From Catajapyx aquilonaris (lineage: Eukaryota), in the NCBI GenBank assembly GCA_000934665.2, contig JYFJ02001606.1, positions 1 to 64,000 of the forward strand: 64,000 bases of DNA, given 5' to 3'. Both the position numbers and the translations under genes were made by a program. Below are positions 14,668 through 27,183 of this stretch, in pieces. The notes under the pieces were generated by a model. That model did no database searches. It was not told the DNA's origin and worked only from the letters and a program-made list of their open reading frames with translations. Within the stretch, counting starts at the first letter, position 1. The number at the start of each line of letters is the position of its first letter.

Positions 14668-15169
14668 TTAAGTTTGGGATACTTCACATTTTAATCAAAT
14701 CACAAGTTACAATCATGTAATGCTGATGTGCATGTGTGCATTATTGTATTATTATTTAAAGTACCGTCTAATCACTTACATACGCAATGCGCATGATTTT
14801 TATACATGCGGTTGGCTGAACCTGCTGAAATTTTGGCTTAGATGGAGTACAACCAATCTGGGCAATAATCACGTGCACAGACCAGGTCAAGTGCACCAAA
14901 TAATTAGTGTAATTACTTACTACAAATGAACGCCTGACAACAAAGCAACCGCATGCTTTTTTGTCTCCATTCCGAACAGTTGGCTACAGTGCCAGTTTGG
15001 CTCCACTGTGGAAGCCCCCCCAGTGTGCCCAACCTGTAATGCACCCAACAATGTCCCCAACCTTAAAGTAATTAGCAGTAATTAGCGTGCAAATATTTAC
15101 ATTGACGTGTACTTCATTGTCCGCACCCGCCGCCGGCGACACACTGTCGGACGATACCACCGACATGTA

Positions 15170-15620
15170 CTACCCCAGAATCGTTTGATATGACGTCATT
15201 TGACCTCCTAAATTTAATCTGAGGTCGAAAGGTCACGGGTCATTTGGCGCGTGGTTTAAATTTTGCTAAAAATGTCCATTAAGGGCTTGACCGGTGGTTG
15301 CATCTGGGGCCGCCAGATGTCAGCAGTGCCCAACCCCGCTCCTCTATTGTTAGCCCAGCTGCAATAAATGGGGGTAATAATAATTGTAATGTACTGGTGG
15401 TAAAAAGCAGGGGAGGGCAGCAGGAAAAGAGGGGCAGGAAGGAAACGGAGGTTCCGGCCAGGGTCCTATCATTTTTGAAGGGATGGTGACGTGAAGAGTG
15501 CGGAGAGGACCTCAGCACATTCTGGTGCGCACTGTACTTTTGCTGGGAACGGGTGATTTTATTGTTGGTACAGAGATGTACCGGTACTGGTTATATTTAC
15601 ATGTACGCACTGTTGTAAGG
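15170..15620. promoter_or_regulatory. Probable promoter / 5'UTR exon region of the SLC35A gene
   Basis: Locally GC-richer than its flanks, with CRE palindrome TGACGTCA (15191-15198) and TGACGTG (15487-15493), upstream of the acceptor at 16278. Confidence 0.4.
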
Positions 15621-15679
15621 TATCACTGTACAGACTTGTACGGAATGCATCACATGGTTGTAGCAGAGTCCGTCGCAAT

Positions 15680-15680
<1 letters not shown>

Positions 15681-15738
<58 letters not shown>
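15681..15738. repeat. (TAA)n microsatellite
   Basis: About 19 uninterrupted TAA units. Confidence 0.97.
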
Positions 15739-15739
<1 letters not shown>

Positions 15740-15841
15740 GCAATAGACAGTACAGACGTGTAGACTCATAGAAAACACATTACACGTTCGCAGTGAAGTC
15801 TGCTGTAATTTATTTATTTAAATTATGGGAGTTCCCCCTGT

Positions 15842-15925
15842 TAATAATGTTAATAATAATAATAATAATACGAAGAAGAAGAAGAAGAAGAAGAAGAAGA
15901 AGAAGAATATAATAAGAATAATAAC

Positions 15926-15958
<33 letters not shown>

Positions 15959-15987
15959 TATTATTATTATTATTATTATTTAATAAT
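15842..15987. repeat. Compound microsatellite (TAA)n-(GAA)n-(TAA)n-(TTA)n
   Basis: Directly visible trinucleotide runs, including a head-to-head TAA/TTA switch near 15958. Confidence 0.97.
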
Positions 15988-16300
15988 ACAGGCATGTGGA
16001 GACTCATAGAAATGCATTACATGGTCGCAGAGAATTCCATCTCAATTTATTAATTTAAAAAAAAGAAATTGTGGGAATTCCCCGTTGTTGTTAGTAACAA
16101 CAACAACAACAACATGGCAGTTCCCCAGAACATTTTCTAATATTCCTAAGGTAAAAATTGCAGATCTGTAAGAACAATCATCAAACAGTCCTTTGCGATT
16201 CAGATAGTCGTAACATTGAATGCATCCTTGCACTGGTTAACATGATGGTTCTGTACATGTTAATTAATTTTTTGGCAGGTGCGACATATTACCGGCTCGA

Positions 16301-18233
16301 ATGATGGGGGTCTTTCAAGGCCTCAGAATTCCGACCATTCACCTCCAGTATGGGATCCTCGTACTGCTGACGCTTGAGACTAGTGCGATGGTTCTGATCC
16401 TGCGATACTCACGACTCAGGGGGCTGAGCGAGGGGCAGTACCTGTCCACAACGGCTGTCTTCCTGGCCGAGGTTATGAAGCTGGTAATGTGCGTCCTGGT
16501 ACTCTGGCACCAGAAGGGATATTCGATATTAAGGACGAGGGAATCGGTTAAGGTGGAGGTGTGGCAGAAGCCGGAGGAGACCTTCAAACTGATCATTCCC
16601 AGCATCCTCTACACGCTGCAGAACAACTTTTTGTTCTACGCCCTCACAGTACTTGACGCCACCACTTACCAGGTCTGTCAGGTGTTGTTAAAATAGACAG
16701 ACGGTTTCTCTACGAATAATTTTACTTCTCAGGTGTCGTACCAGTTGAAGATCCTGACAACGGCCCTGTTTTCTGCTCTGATCCTGGACACTGTGATCCG
16801 CCCACAACAGTGGGCCTCCTTGGTTCTCCTGCTGGTTGGGGTCGCCTTGGTGCAGGTCCAAGGCCCCCCTTCCGACCCATCGCCTGCCTGTGCCACAAAC
16901 CCAAACTCCCCTAGTTGCCTGGAGAACGCAGCCATCCCATTTGGCATACAGATGATGGGCCTCTTAGCTATCCTGGCATCCTGCGTATGTAGTGGGTATT
17001 CGTGTGTTTATTACGAGCAGCTGGTCAAGCAGGGAGCGCAGCCTTCTGTTGTGTTGCGCAATATACAGCTAGGTAAGTTGCAGTACGCTAAAATCAGGCC
17101 ATAAAAATAAATTGTCAAGCCATAAGGCTTCGTTGAGTGATTGCAAACAGGTCTAAGATGGTTCATATTTACTAACTTTTCTTTTGGGTTTCTTGGTGAT
17201 TTACTTATGGATATTTTTGGTACATTTTAAAAATCTCTATTAACAAACACTGGTTTTCCTTCTCTTTGCGCCCATGCTACCATGGAAGGAATCTTTGCTG
17301 TGTTGTTTGGTGCTGTGGGTGTTGTCTACAATGACTGGGAAGCATTGCGTGCGAATGGGTTCTTTCAGGGTTATAACTGGCTCACATGGATTGTGGTCAT
17401 TTTCCAAGTGAGTTCTGTCATCCGTCCGTGTTTTGTTGCATGTCTTTGTAATGTATAGACTTTAAGAAGTTTGGAACACACCTCTTGAGAGTTGAGAAGG
17501 TCTGACTCAATCAAACCGCACTACCTTGCATGGTTAACCTCAAAAGTTCATAAAAAGCCTTGCATGACTTATGTAAATCCAAAGTTCTTGGTATACTAAT
17601 GGTTGGTTGTAATAACAACGTACATGAAAATTCATTATGTTGGATTGCGTAACATGAATGTCTACCCAACATTGGACATTTTCACTAATTTACCAATTTA
17701 CTAATTTCAACTGGTCCTTATTAACTCGCCTGTCAATTTCCAAATGTAAATTGTGGTTATCATGGTGTTCGTGTCAGATCCTCATCATTTTTGACGAGAT
17801 CTTTGAGATGGTAAAAGTTAAATTTTGTAATGTTTTAAAAATGTGAGGTGCTGTTTGGAATTGAGCATATGCACATGCGTTTTCCCATTGCCTGTAGAGA
17901 AAAGGTTCTCTAAATATCCGCACTGACTACGTATGCATTGCTCAGGCTGTTGGCGGACTGACAGTGGCAGCCACCATAAAATATGCTGACAACATTCAGA
18001 AGAGCTTCGCTACGTCCCTGTCCATCGTATTATCTGCTGTCTGCTCAAACTACCTTCTGAACAGTCCCGAGCCCACCTGGCTGTTCACTGTCGGGGTGGC
18101 CCTCGTCATAGTGGCCACAGTATTATACGGTTACTTCTCCCCATCCGCTCCTAGTGCCAAGACTGAGGCTGAGGAAGACTTGATCACTAAGGTGAGGGAA
18201 AAGATTTTCAAGTCTAGCGGGGGATGCAAGTGA
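16301..18233 (+). CDS. SLC35A-family nucleotide-sugar transporter (UDP-galactose/UDP-GlcNAc transporter-like), 4 coding exons
   Basis: Exons 16301-16672, 16733-17072, 17289-17407, 17946-18233 join in frame across GT..AG introns. The protein is polytopic, with SLC35A motifs YLSTTAVFLAEVMKL, PSILYTLQNN, LDATTYQ|VSYQLKILTTALFS, GFFQGY and KYADNIQKSFATSLSI. An acceptor at 16277-16278 implies an upstream non-coding exon. SLC35A2 versus A3 orthology cannot be resolved by eye. Confidence 0.93.
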
Positions 18234-19124
18234 TATTGCGGGCTGACAATAGTGTGTTACAGCCGTTATTTTCTAAATAGATATCTCATCCTTCATAAAG
18301 TAAATTTTTCATGTTTGAAGTGTGTCAGCAAATTGCATAGTACGTACTCTCGAGAATGGAAAGTTACAGCAAGCAATAATTCGAGAGCCGAGATCTGAAA
18401 TTTTGTCACCCATTTTGGAAAACTTGATGTTATATCATGTTTCACATAATTTAGTTTCACCATTTCTGGAAGAGTTATTTTATATTTAAAAATTCTAACT
18501 CCAAACATCCAGTCTAGAACCGCAAGGAAGTACTGTAGAGCATTGTGAAACACTGAGTATTTTAAATGGAGAATTTTCAAGCAGTGATGTCTAGCATTGT
18601 TCTAATCACTATCATGTTGGTTATTTGATTGTGCTAACATTGTGGATGAGCTTTGTCAGTTGAGGTAAGGCTTGATTTTTAAGTGAATTTGTGGTACAGG
18701 TAATGGCAACAGGGACACATACTTTCCACATTAATTATGGAAAATATTCAATCTGTTGTGCCATACTTCAGCACTATGCTGGTTGTATCAACTGAAAGTG
18801 TCGAATTATATTTGTTTTATAAGTTAGATCACATCCGTATTGGTATAATGTTGCAGATGCTATTTTCTACTCTCTTTTGTGACCTCAGTTTCAAAGTTTT
18901 AAGTAGAATCAATGCATACGATTGAAGGTGACGTGAGGTGAATGGAAATAAGAATCCGTGATATTTTGACCATAATGGATGTGAGCTAAATTATGAACTG
19001 CTTTGTAATTGTTTGAATACCTGCACATAATTGGAAATTTTGTGTTGATACAACCGGCCATAATTAAGTTTTACTAATAATATTTATGACAACGTGGCTA
19101 ATTTTGTGTTTGTTTTTTATACAG

Positions 19125-19145
19125 GTGACAGTCGAGAGTGTATGA
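19125..19145 (+). CDS. Putative alternative terminal coding exon of the SLC35A gene (VTVESV*)
   Basis: In-frame phase-0 donor AAG|GTGAGG at 18192. A CTAAT branch-like motif near 19098, a T-rich tract and ACAG acceptor ending at 19124 are followed by GTG ACA GTC GAG AGT GTA TGA. Confidence 0.55.
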   Translation: MTVESV

Positions 19146-19605
19146 CAAATCTAGTCTGCAGCGGTTCAGGGTATGCAACGCTATCGTGAGTCAAAGATGG
19201 AATGTCACAAATGGTAGATATTTGAATATATTTTGCTAAACAGGTGGTTTGTTTTGTGTGTGGTGATATACAAATCTGGATGAAATGCAATTGCGATATT
19301 TTACGAAACTGTACAGTATTATACTTTTTTCTGTGTGAAATTCTGTGTGTTGCACTTAAGTTAAAAATGGCTGGTCTGATATTAAAAAGTCACATTTTGA
19401 ATCACATTGCAGGGCATAATTATATTATTGACATGTACTTAATGCAAGTCTACATTATGCAAACTTGCGCAGTCATTCCAAATAAAGATTTCAACCCGAG
19501 ACTTATACAAAAAAAGGAACAGCAATATAAATACATCCCTCAATTTTTTTTTAAACGTTCCAAGTGATTAAAACGTTCAGGGTGAATGAGATCAGGGTGG
19601 GTACC

Positions 19606-22600
19606 TCAATGTAAGCAGTTTTCCAGGTAGTTTTTCTCGTTGATGTGCATGGGACCTATTTTGACATGCTTGTATTGCGTCATTAGCGCCTTGGCCAGTT
19701 CAGTGGCATGCTCCTTATCACGTGTTTCGCACACAACTTTCACCTAAGTAGGGAAAATTCAGGAAAATTATTTAATTCAATATACACTTGCTCATAAAAG
19801 AGACTAAAAACTAATCGCATTTTTACTGGCCTGTCCAGTAATGGAATTACAGAAGTCCCAGAATTCTGCAACACTTACCTCCACACTAAAGATGTCCCTT
19901 GCAATCCATGCTCTCTCGTGAATAATGTCCTTGATGCTGACTCCAAGAGCGGCCAGCATCCTCGTCAACTCTGCAATCCCGCCTGGTCGGTCGCTCACTG
20001 TCACAGCAAACTTGACCAACCTCCCGTCTGCTGCCAGGCCACGCTCGAGGCACCTTCCAAGGACTGTGGTGTCTATGTTTCCGCCACACAGAGGTATCAC
20101 CACCCTCTTGCCTCTGAGTTCGTCTAGCTCACCAGCCAGTACAGCAGCCAGGGCAGCCGCTCCTGCACCTTCAACCACAGCCTTTTCCATCTCAACAAGT
20201 CTCAAAATGGCAATTGCAATCCACTCCTCTTTGACCACCACCATTTTGTCTATTAGCGGAGCTGCTGTTGCAAAGGCATTGCAGCCAACTAAGGGGACAG
20301 CAAGTCCATCTGCAAGTGTCGATTCTGCACAAGTGTAGGTTGGGTCGTTGCACTTCAGGGCTTCACTGAAGCTGGCACATCGCTCTGATTCGACACCCTA
20401 AAAATTGAGGTACATTTTAGGGTACAGCAGTATCATTCATTATGCAAAGGCCTGCTGTGGGATCAACTAGTTTACTAGCCTAATTCCTTTTGATTGATAA
20501 CTTGAAAGAAATGATATAATCTAAATACAAGTGCCGTTGGCCTGAATCTCAATATCGTAACAGTTCAACCTAATCACTTTAATTCTCATATGATGTGCTT
20601 TTCTGTCCAATACAATTTTCATATAATTATGATGCATCCAAATACTTAATATTTTGGAAAAATTGCTGTTTCAGACAAAGAGTTGCATCTGATAAGAAAT
20701 CCATTGGACAAAAATGATGTCAAAGTATATGAAACTTTAATTTCACATATGAAAATAATGTAACTTTGATTTCCATTTTCACTTACAATGACTTTGACGT
20801 TTGGGCAGAGTGTCTTGACGGCAAGTGCAACACCTGCAATAAGTCCTCCCCCACCAACCGGCACAACCACTGCATCTATGTCTGGAACTTGCTCTACAAT
20901 CTCCAGCCCCATGGTGCCTTGTCCAGCCAAAATGTGCGGATGATCATAACTGTAATGGTTAGCATAAAACAGCGAAGTCAACACTTGCAGTATCGTGGAT
21001 TTTGTGTTTCTAACCTACCCATTGATATATAACAGGCCCCTGTCCTTTCCGAGCTTCATGGCATGCTCCTTGGCTTCCCCAATATCCTTTCCATACTCCA
21101 GGACATTGGCTCCATACTGTCGGCAGGACTGTACCTTCATCATGGGTGCCACCATTGGCATCACCACTGTCACAGGGATCCCCAGCTCATGTCCATGGTA
21201 CGACAGAGCCAGGGCATGGTTTCCTGCCGAGGCTGCAATGACCCCTTTCTCCTTCTGCTTGGCCGACAGCATCATCAGTGTGTTGCGTGCTCCTCGCTCC
21301 TTAAAGCTGGAAATTGAATGAGGATTGGATTTATCACATGCCTGAATCACCTGAATAAAGAGCTAAACTGATGAAATGCATGGAACCATCAATTATGTGA
21401 TTTTTATCCGTTTGCATGAATACACATGAAAATTAATCAATATTGTTCACCTCAGAAACAATAACAGAAACATTACAGTAATGTGATTGTTAAATTTAAA
21501 CTGGTTGCTGGAATGAACAATATTCATTTGATCTCTCTTACAGTTAGAGGATTGTAATTAACCATCCTGCTTACAATACACACCTTCCTGTGTATTGAAG
21601 AAATTCCTTCTTTAGGTATATCTCCATTCCTGTCATACTGCACATGTGTGATCTCTGCAACAAAATACACACATTAAATTCATCAAAAATTTTCAAGCAT
21701 ATTATATTTCTCATTAACACTTATGCATGTATGATGTTCCAGTCTACTGACCCTTGTAATCACACTAATTATCAATTTGGCTTTGGTCCGCATGTATCCA
21801 GTATGTGAAAGAAATGGCCTTCTTGAAGGTCATTTTCTTTGTGTGATGAAATAGTCTGATCGCAGTTAGCATATATTGTATAAAACATGCAATATTACAA
21901 GGGATCATAATTAATAAACCAACTCGATGCAAGGTCGGGTCTTTGAAGAAAAAAAACAGCGATAAAAGTAGGCCATGTCTAGGTCATGCATTATGTGTAT
22001 GACTAGTGTGTTACAAAGTTGATAACATGATTTATTTTTCTCCTCTTTTGTGACGCATTTATGCATTATTGATGTTACGGAACATTTTTTTTGCTCCATG
22101 GATGCATTTTTACTCTGCCACTTTTGGCCTAAACACCAGAATGATTCATAGTACCCTTTAATGTATGTAGATTAAAATTAAGTTATGCGTAAATGAAGTT
22201 GGCTACATTATTATGAACACATACGTAATTATGCACATTACACTGTATATGCTACAAAATTTGGCATTTTTCTCCTATAATTGGCGTTTATGTCAACAGT
22301 CCTTAAATTGATTTATACCATAATAAAAATTCATAAATTCATGAAATATTGCATCATTCACACATACGGTTGGTATGAATCCTACAATTTTTAATTGGCA
22401 TTAAAATTGACAATATATTCAAGTTGAAAAATGTGATTGAAACAAAAATTAATAAATCAAATTCCTGATCAGTGAAAAAAAAATCATTGTTAATCTTCGA
22501 CCTGGTGCATATGCCAAAATAGAATATTTTTTTTTTGCTTCCCTTTAAAAAAAAATTACTTGGCGTATTTATTTAATACTCAATCACACAGTAAAATGAT

Positions 22601-22783
22601 ACAACTTACAGGACACGGGGTGACCACAATTCCTCCCTTGATCTGGAAATGAGCCGCAGAGATGTCTTTGAACTTGATAGGCCTTGGCCTGGCCGGGTCA
22701 CACCAAGGGTCATACATGGGATCAGAATTTTCCACGAAGTCAGGACCCACTCCATTAGTCTCAATCTTGTTTTCAAACACCAT
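19606..22783 (-). CDS. PLP-dependent L-threonine/serine dehydratase (threonine ammonia-lyase) with C-terminal ACT domain, ~450 aa, 6 coding exons
   Basis: Exons 22610-22783, 21584-21654, 21019-21306, 20787-20949, 19879-20397 and 19606-19743 are all in frame with GT..AG introns. Motifs: [15 protein letters not shown] (PLP lysine), [51 protein letters not shown], and ACT-like [14 protein letters not shown]. Confidence 0.96.
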
Positions 22784-22798
22784 TTTTCTGGTCTTCTC

Positions 22799-23198
22799 CT
22801 ATAGCAAAATTTGACACTTCCTTCCTTGACGACTCCCCGTCAAAGACTATCAATGTGCCAGGCTCGTGGGTGATCCTTAAGACCTTACTCAGATTAACCA
22901 ACATCCCATGTTGCCATGCTGTGACCCATCCTGATATATCTAGACACGTGCATATATATTGAATCAGTCAAATGACGCATAGGACCATTGTTGCATCACC
23001 CACCGTTAAATGCCCTACTCATCAGAACGCGGAACTTGGCAAAGGATAACACTGACCTACAGACCTATTGTTTGTGTTTTTCCAGAAATAATAGACAATT
23101 TTTTAAAAAACAAACCGGGTATGTCCGGAGGCTTGCATTGTGTTTGCTAACAATAAATTCGATGGTATACCCGCACTTTTACCGGAGTTTGTGTAAAA
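22799..23198. promoter_or_regulatory. Compact divergent promoter region between the dehydratase and paralogue A, including a probable 5'UTR intron (22799-22888, minus strand)
   Basis: The two start codons are ~415 bp apart, head-to-head. Minus-strand GTAAG donor at 22888, TATAG acceptor ending at 22799, and ATATATAT near 22952. Confidence 0.5.
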
Positions 23199-25104
23199 AT
23201 GTGGTCGACGCTGGTTCTTCCGACGCTGCTGGTCGTCGGCTGTGTTGCGACCGACGTTCAGTATTCTCCTTCTTCATCATACTCAGCATCTTATTCCTCC
23301 ATGTCTCCATCTCCATCGTACTACACACCAAGCAACAGCAACGCAGCATACGACACATACCAGTCCTCTAACTACGCGTACCAACAGCAGGCACAGCAAC
23401 AGCCGTCACCAAATTACGGTGCACCTCAACGACGACCAGAAAGGTTGGTGTCACCTACCAAATCGGGTTGGTCCGACGCTGGTGGTGCTGCTGAAGATGA
23501 ATGGACCAACTCGGAGGAAGGAACATCTTGGAGAAATGCAAACAAGAGACCTACCGATTACGACACGTCTTCAACCGGACACAAATCCAGCGGACTTAGC
23601 AAAGATGGAGAGTCGTTTGTGGACGTAAGTTTATTTTTTGGGGACAAATATCCCGTCATATGTGCAATTAGTCAATTACCATAAGTGATAAAAATAACAA
23701 CATCATTAGACATACCCTTGCTTGGCCATTGACTAATTAATAGCCAAACAAACAAGTTAATGGCAATATTTGGCCATGTTCTTGCCTTTTAATGACGATC
23801 AATATTGATGTATTTGGCAATAGAGATATTTCACTGTCTACGGGAACGGAAAGCAAGGCAACTTGGGCCCCCCTCAGTCCGTCTGCACGTGTACGTTTGG
23901 TCACGTCGACAGCCAGCAGGGTCACGTAGGCCTTAGGGTACGTGCAAAAATATATCAGTTAATTGACGTAATAATTGTAACATCGAAAAGGCTTAGGGTG
24001 GCCCAAAGTATGCCGTGAAAATACCGCCAGTTTTGCATAAACTGATTGAGTAACACTGTGACAATATGATTTTGACTAATTCATTTTGCAGACCTGATCA
24101 CAATCACATGGGAATGATTTCGAGGGGTTTGAATATTCCATTACTCCTAATGGAATTCGGTTCCTTTTAAGCATTTCTCTAGAGACGGAACTCTATTGAT
24201 CTATCAGAAAAATTTGACTTGACCGTTACACGTCAAGGACTATGTCGAGCACAATGCCTAACATACGACATATATGACACTGATTTTTTTCGGAAATGAT
24301 TCAAATAGGCTCAAATTATTCCCTTAGGTCACATACGACATTTGCTCACTTTCTACTCAAAATCTATACCAGGTATATGTATATACAAGTATCTCTACAT
24401 ATATAAAACATAAAGTTTGTTAGTATGTATGTCACGGCTACCTAACCCACTTTCAGACCATTGAGAGTCCTGAAATTTGGCACACCGTGCCTCTGACTCA
24501 GGGAAAAGTCCGAAAACTGCAGTTTTTTTTAGTGCAAATAAATTTATTTTTTATTTTATATTTATAGAAATATCTGCCCATGATAGCCATGGGCGTGGGC
24601 ATCCCTCTTCTGGTCATGTTCGTACTGATGATGATGAGCTCAGTGTTCGACGACTCAGGGATGTCCGGCTCAGGTGGACACTGGGACAAGCGAGAGGCGT
24701 CCCCACTGGGCCTCCTCCTGTCCCGGACAATCCAGTGGGACCTGTCCAGAATATCCAGAGCCATTGCTTCAGAAGGAATCTGCTCTGAACGTATTCTCTG
24801 CAGACTTGGAGCTGCAGCAAAGCCCTATCAAGCCACTCGAGGACTTATCAAGTTAGTGAGAGAGACCTACTTTCTCTTTGCTTCTCCCGGATTATACCTG
24901 TTTCTATAAAGGAGGGGGCTCAATGTTTCGTTTTTTAACAATTTTTATTTCCTCTTTGTGCGCAGGATTTTGGACTATGTTCTACCGCAAACGCTTCTGA
25001 AGCAGTTGAACGCGTTCAAGAAAAGCGTGGTTTCTGATGACGACAAGTGCGACAAGTACACGTGCGACAAGAGTTTTCTGCTCAAGATGATGAATTTGAA
25101 CTGA
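23199..25104 (+). CDS. Paralogue A: uncharacterised signal-peptide protein with Ser/Tyr/Gln-rich region, hydrophobic segment and C-terminal 4-Cys domain (~282 aa)
   Basis: Exons 23199-23624, 24568-24851, 24966-25104 are in frame. Signal peptide MWSTLVLPTLLVVGCVA; hydrophobic IAMGVGIPLLVMFVLMMMSSV; dibasic DKR; CSERILCRLG...CDKYTC. Confidence 0.88.
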
Positions 25105-27183
25105 ACTGCCAGAAAATGTAAAGTGTGTTAAAAAAAAGTAATTTGGCAACAACTTTAAAATGTCAACACAGCTTCACCAGAGTGTTTCGATGATATGTGA
25201 ATATATTTATTTAGAACCGAGCTTGACTCATATAAGTCACGCTCCAGAGATAAATGTGCAAGCATCCGGAATGAAACTAACAGGAGGTTCTGGATCAGTC
25301 TGCGCGTCAACACCCGCCAAGCTGTTTATACAACGTTATAATATGCACATTATGATAATATTAAAACCAACAAAACAAATCCGCTTGGACATTTTAAATA
25401 AAAGTTTTCACACACTGTATGCCATGCAGTTCAGATTGTATTGTTACATCTACTGTCGAAATAAAATAAAATCGGATTGCACAATGTACAGTTCTTGGTA
25501 TGTCAGTGGAGGAAGTACATTCTGTATAGAAAATTGTGTCACAGCAGGGTACCGATGCAAAAGATGAATGTCAGGGCGTGGTGCATAACCTGCCAATGAA
25601 CAGTACAGGTCACCAATGGCACACCTTTTTTCCCCCCTTCATATGCATTATGAAGACCTTTTTGGCAGACATTCATAACTTTGAAGCAGTTGGTGCAGTA
25701 CAGTACAAGTGGCAGCAGACGGTAAGTTAATTTTAAACCTATTTTACTCTACCGCTTATGAAAAACAATAGCAAAAAAACCTGTAGCAAAACATCAGTAG
25801 CAAGAAAACAAAATAATGATATAAGTCGTATGTAACCAAAGATATTGTGTCCTATTGCATTATACGAGATTGTTCGTTTATATAGCTACAATAATAATAT
25901 GATGCAATTTCTTCAGAGGCATGTTTCTATCACGCAGTTAATAATTTATCCTTGCAATTCCAGTAGGGGTTATCGGTGCGGTTATGCGATTGCAAATGAC
26001 GTCTCCAATAAACGGAAACTTAGTTATAATCGAGGTCAATAACACGGAACAGGCTTTCTCGATGATGACAACAGGACTACAACTGTTGTGGTCTCGAAGA
26101 GTCAGACTGACCTTGTTGTGTCAGTCAATTTGCATAAGTTTGTTACATTCAATGTCCCTACAGGTTTAAAGTACGAGGGCGATATGTAAATAAAAATTAT
26201 GATACACTAAAAATAGCTATAGTCGCTACTTTTAAAAATATACGAGGAAAAAATAATCAACTGTTAGCAAAAATTTCAAACTTATCTTGAGCAAGTATCG
26301 TTGCTGCTTTTAAATTGGTTGCTGTACTGAACAATCCGTAACTTCGTGTTACTGCTCCTAAGTGTACTGTACCTTTTAAAAAGCTCATAAATATTCAAAT
26401 CTTGTTGCAAAAAAGGCCATAAACTGGCATGGTCTCTTTAATACGCTGCAGTGTTCCACAATGGCCAAGTGCATGCCTCATACTCGTACATAACCGTAAT
26501 TTTTGCAATGTTGCTATAGCAATTTGGCAAGCTGTCGTGGCTCCGCACGTTAGAGCAATATGTTAGACACTGCGAGTAAAGAGACTAGGCAAAGCGTGAA
26601 ACCCGTTTAAATGTATGAGCACTTGCACCTGTAGTATGACGTCAGCATAGAATAATTGCCATGATAATTACAAAAACAAACGTCATTTTGCAAATTTGCA
26701 TGAGCTTCACTTTGTGTGTTTCAAACATTGAGTATATCCTGGCAGATATGCGCCATTTTCACTGATTTAAATGAACTATGCTGTCTTATTAGGTGACGGA
26801 AGTGTCGTAGGGTGTGTCAGCTCATGTGGCATTTCATTAATAGGCTACTAATTAACACAATAACGAGGTTTATGACATCTACATGAAGTGATTATGCGGT
26901 GTCCAGTACTGCCACCTAATATATTGTCAGCAAAGTTTCATGTCTAAAAACTTGGGCAATGGTTCCGGTGCCTTGAGTTTCCAGGGACATAATTTTGCTC
27001 ATCATCGACAATCCTGGACAACAGTTAGTGGGTCGTCGGGTTGACATGTCTCATGGGTGCGGTCACGCCTGGTGTTTATGTGCCTGCCAAGTGTGCGCCT
27101 CATTTAAATAGAATGAACGTTCCAGAATGTCATTAAGAGGGACAGGGGGCACTCACCGAGACAGTCTTTTTGCAGTTGTCGAC

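Noticed and set aside
15810..16007. ORF with poly-N/Y/L/I runs
   Set aside because: It is a translation of the compound microsatellite, not a gene.
19925..21321. Plus-strand ORFs of 84-137 aa
   Set aside because: Antisense shadows of the dehydratase exons.
27127..27183. Upstream in-frame ATG for paralogue B
   Set aside because: It lies at or before the inferred Inr (~27130) and would displace the signal peptide; ATG 27184 is preferred.
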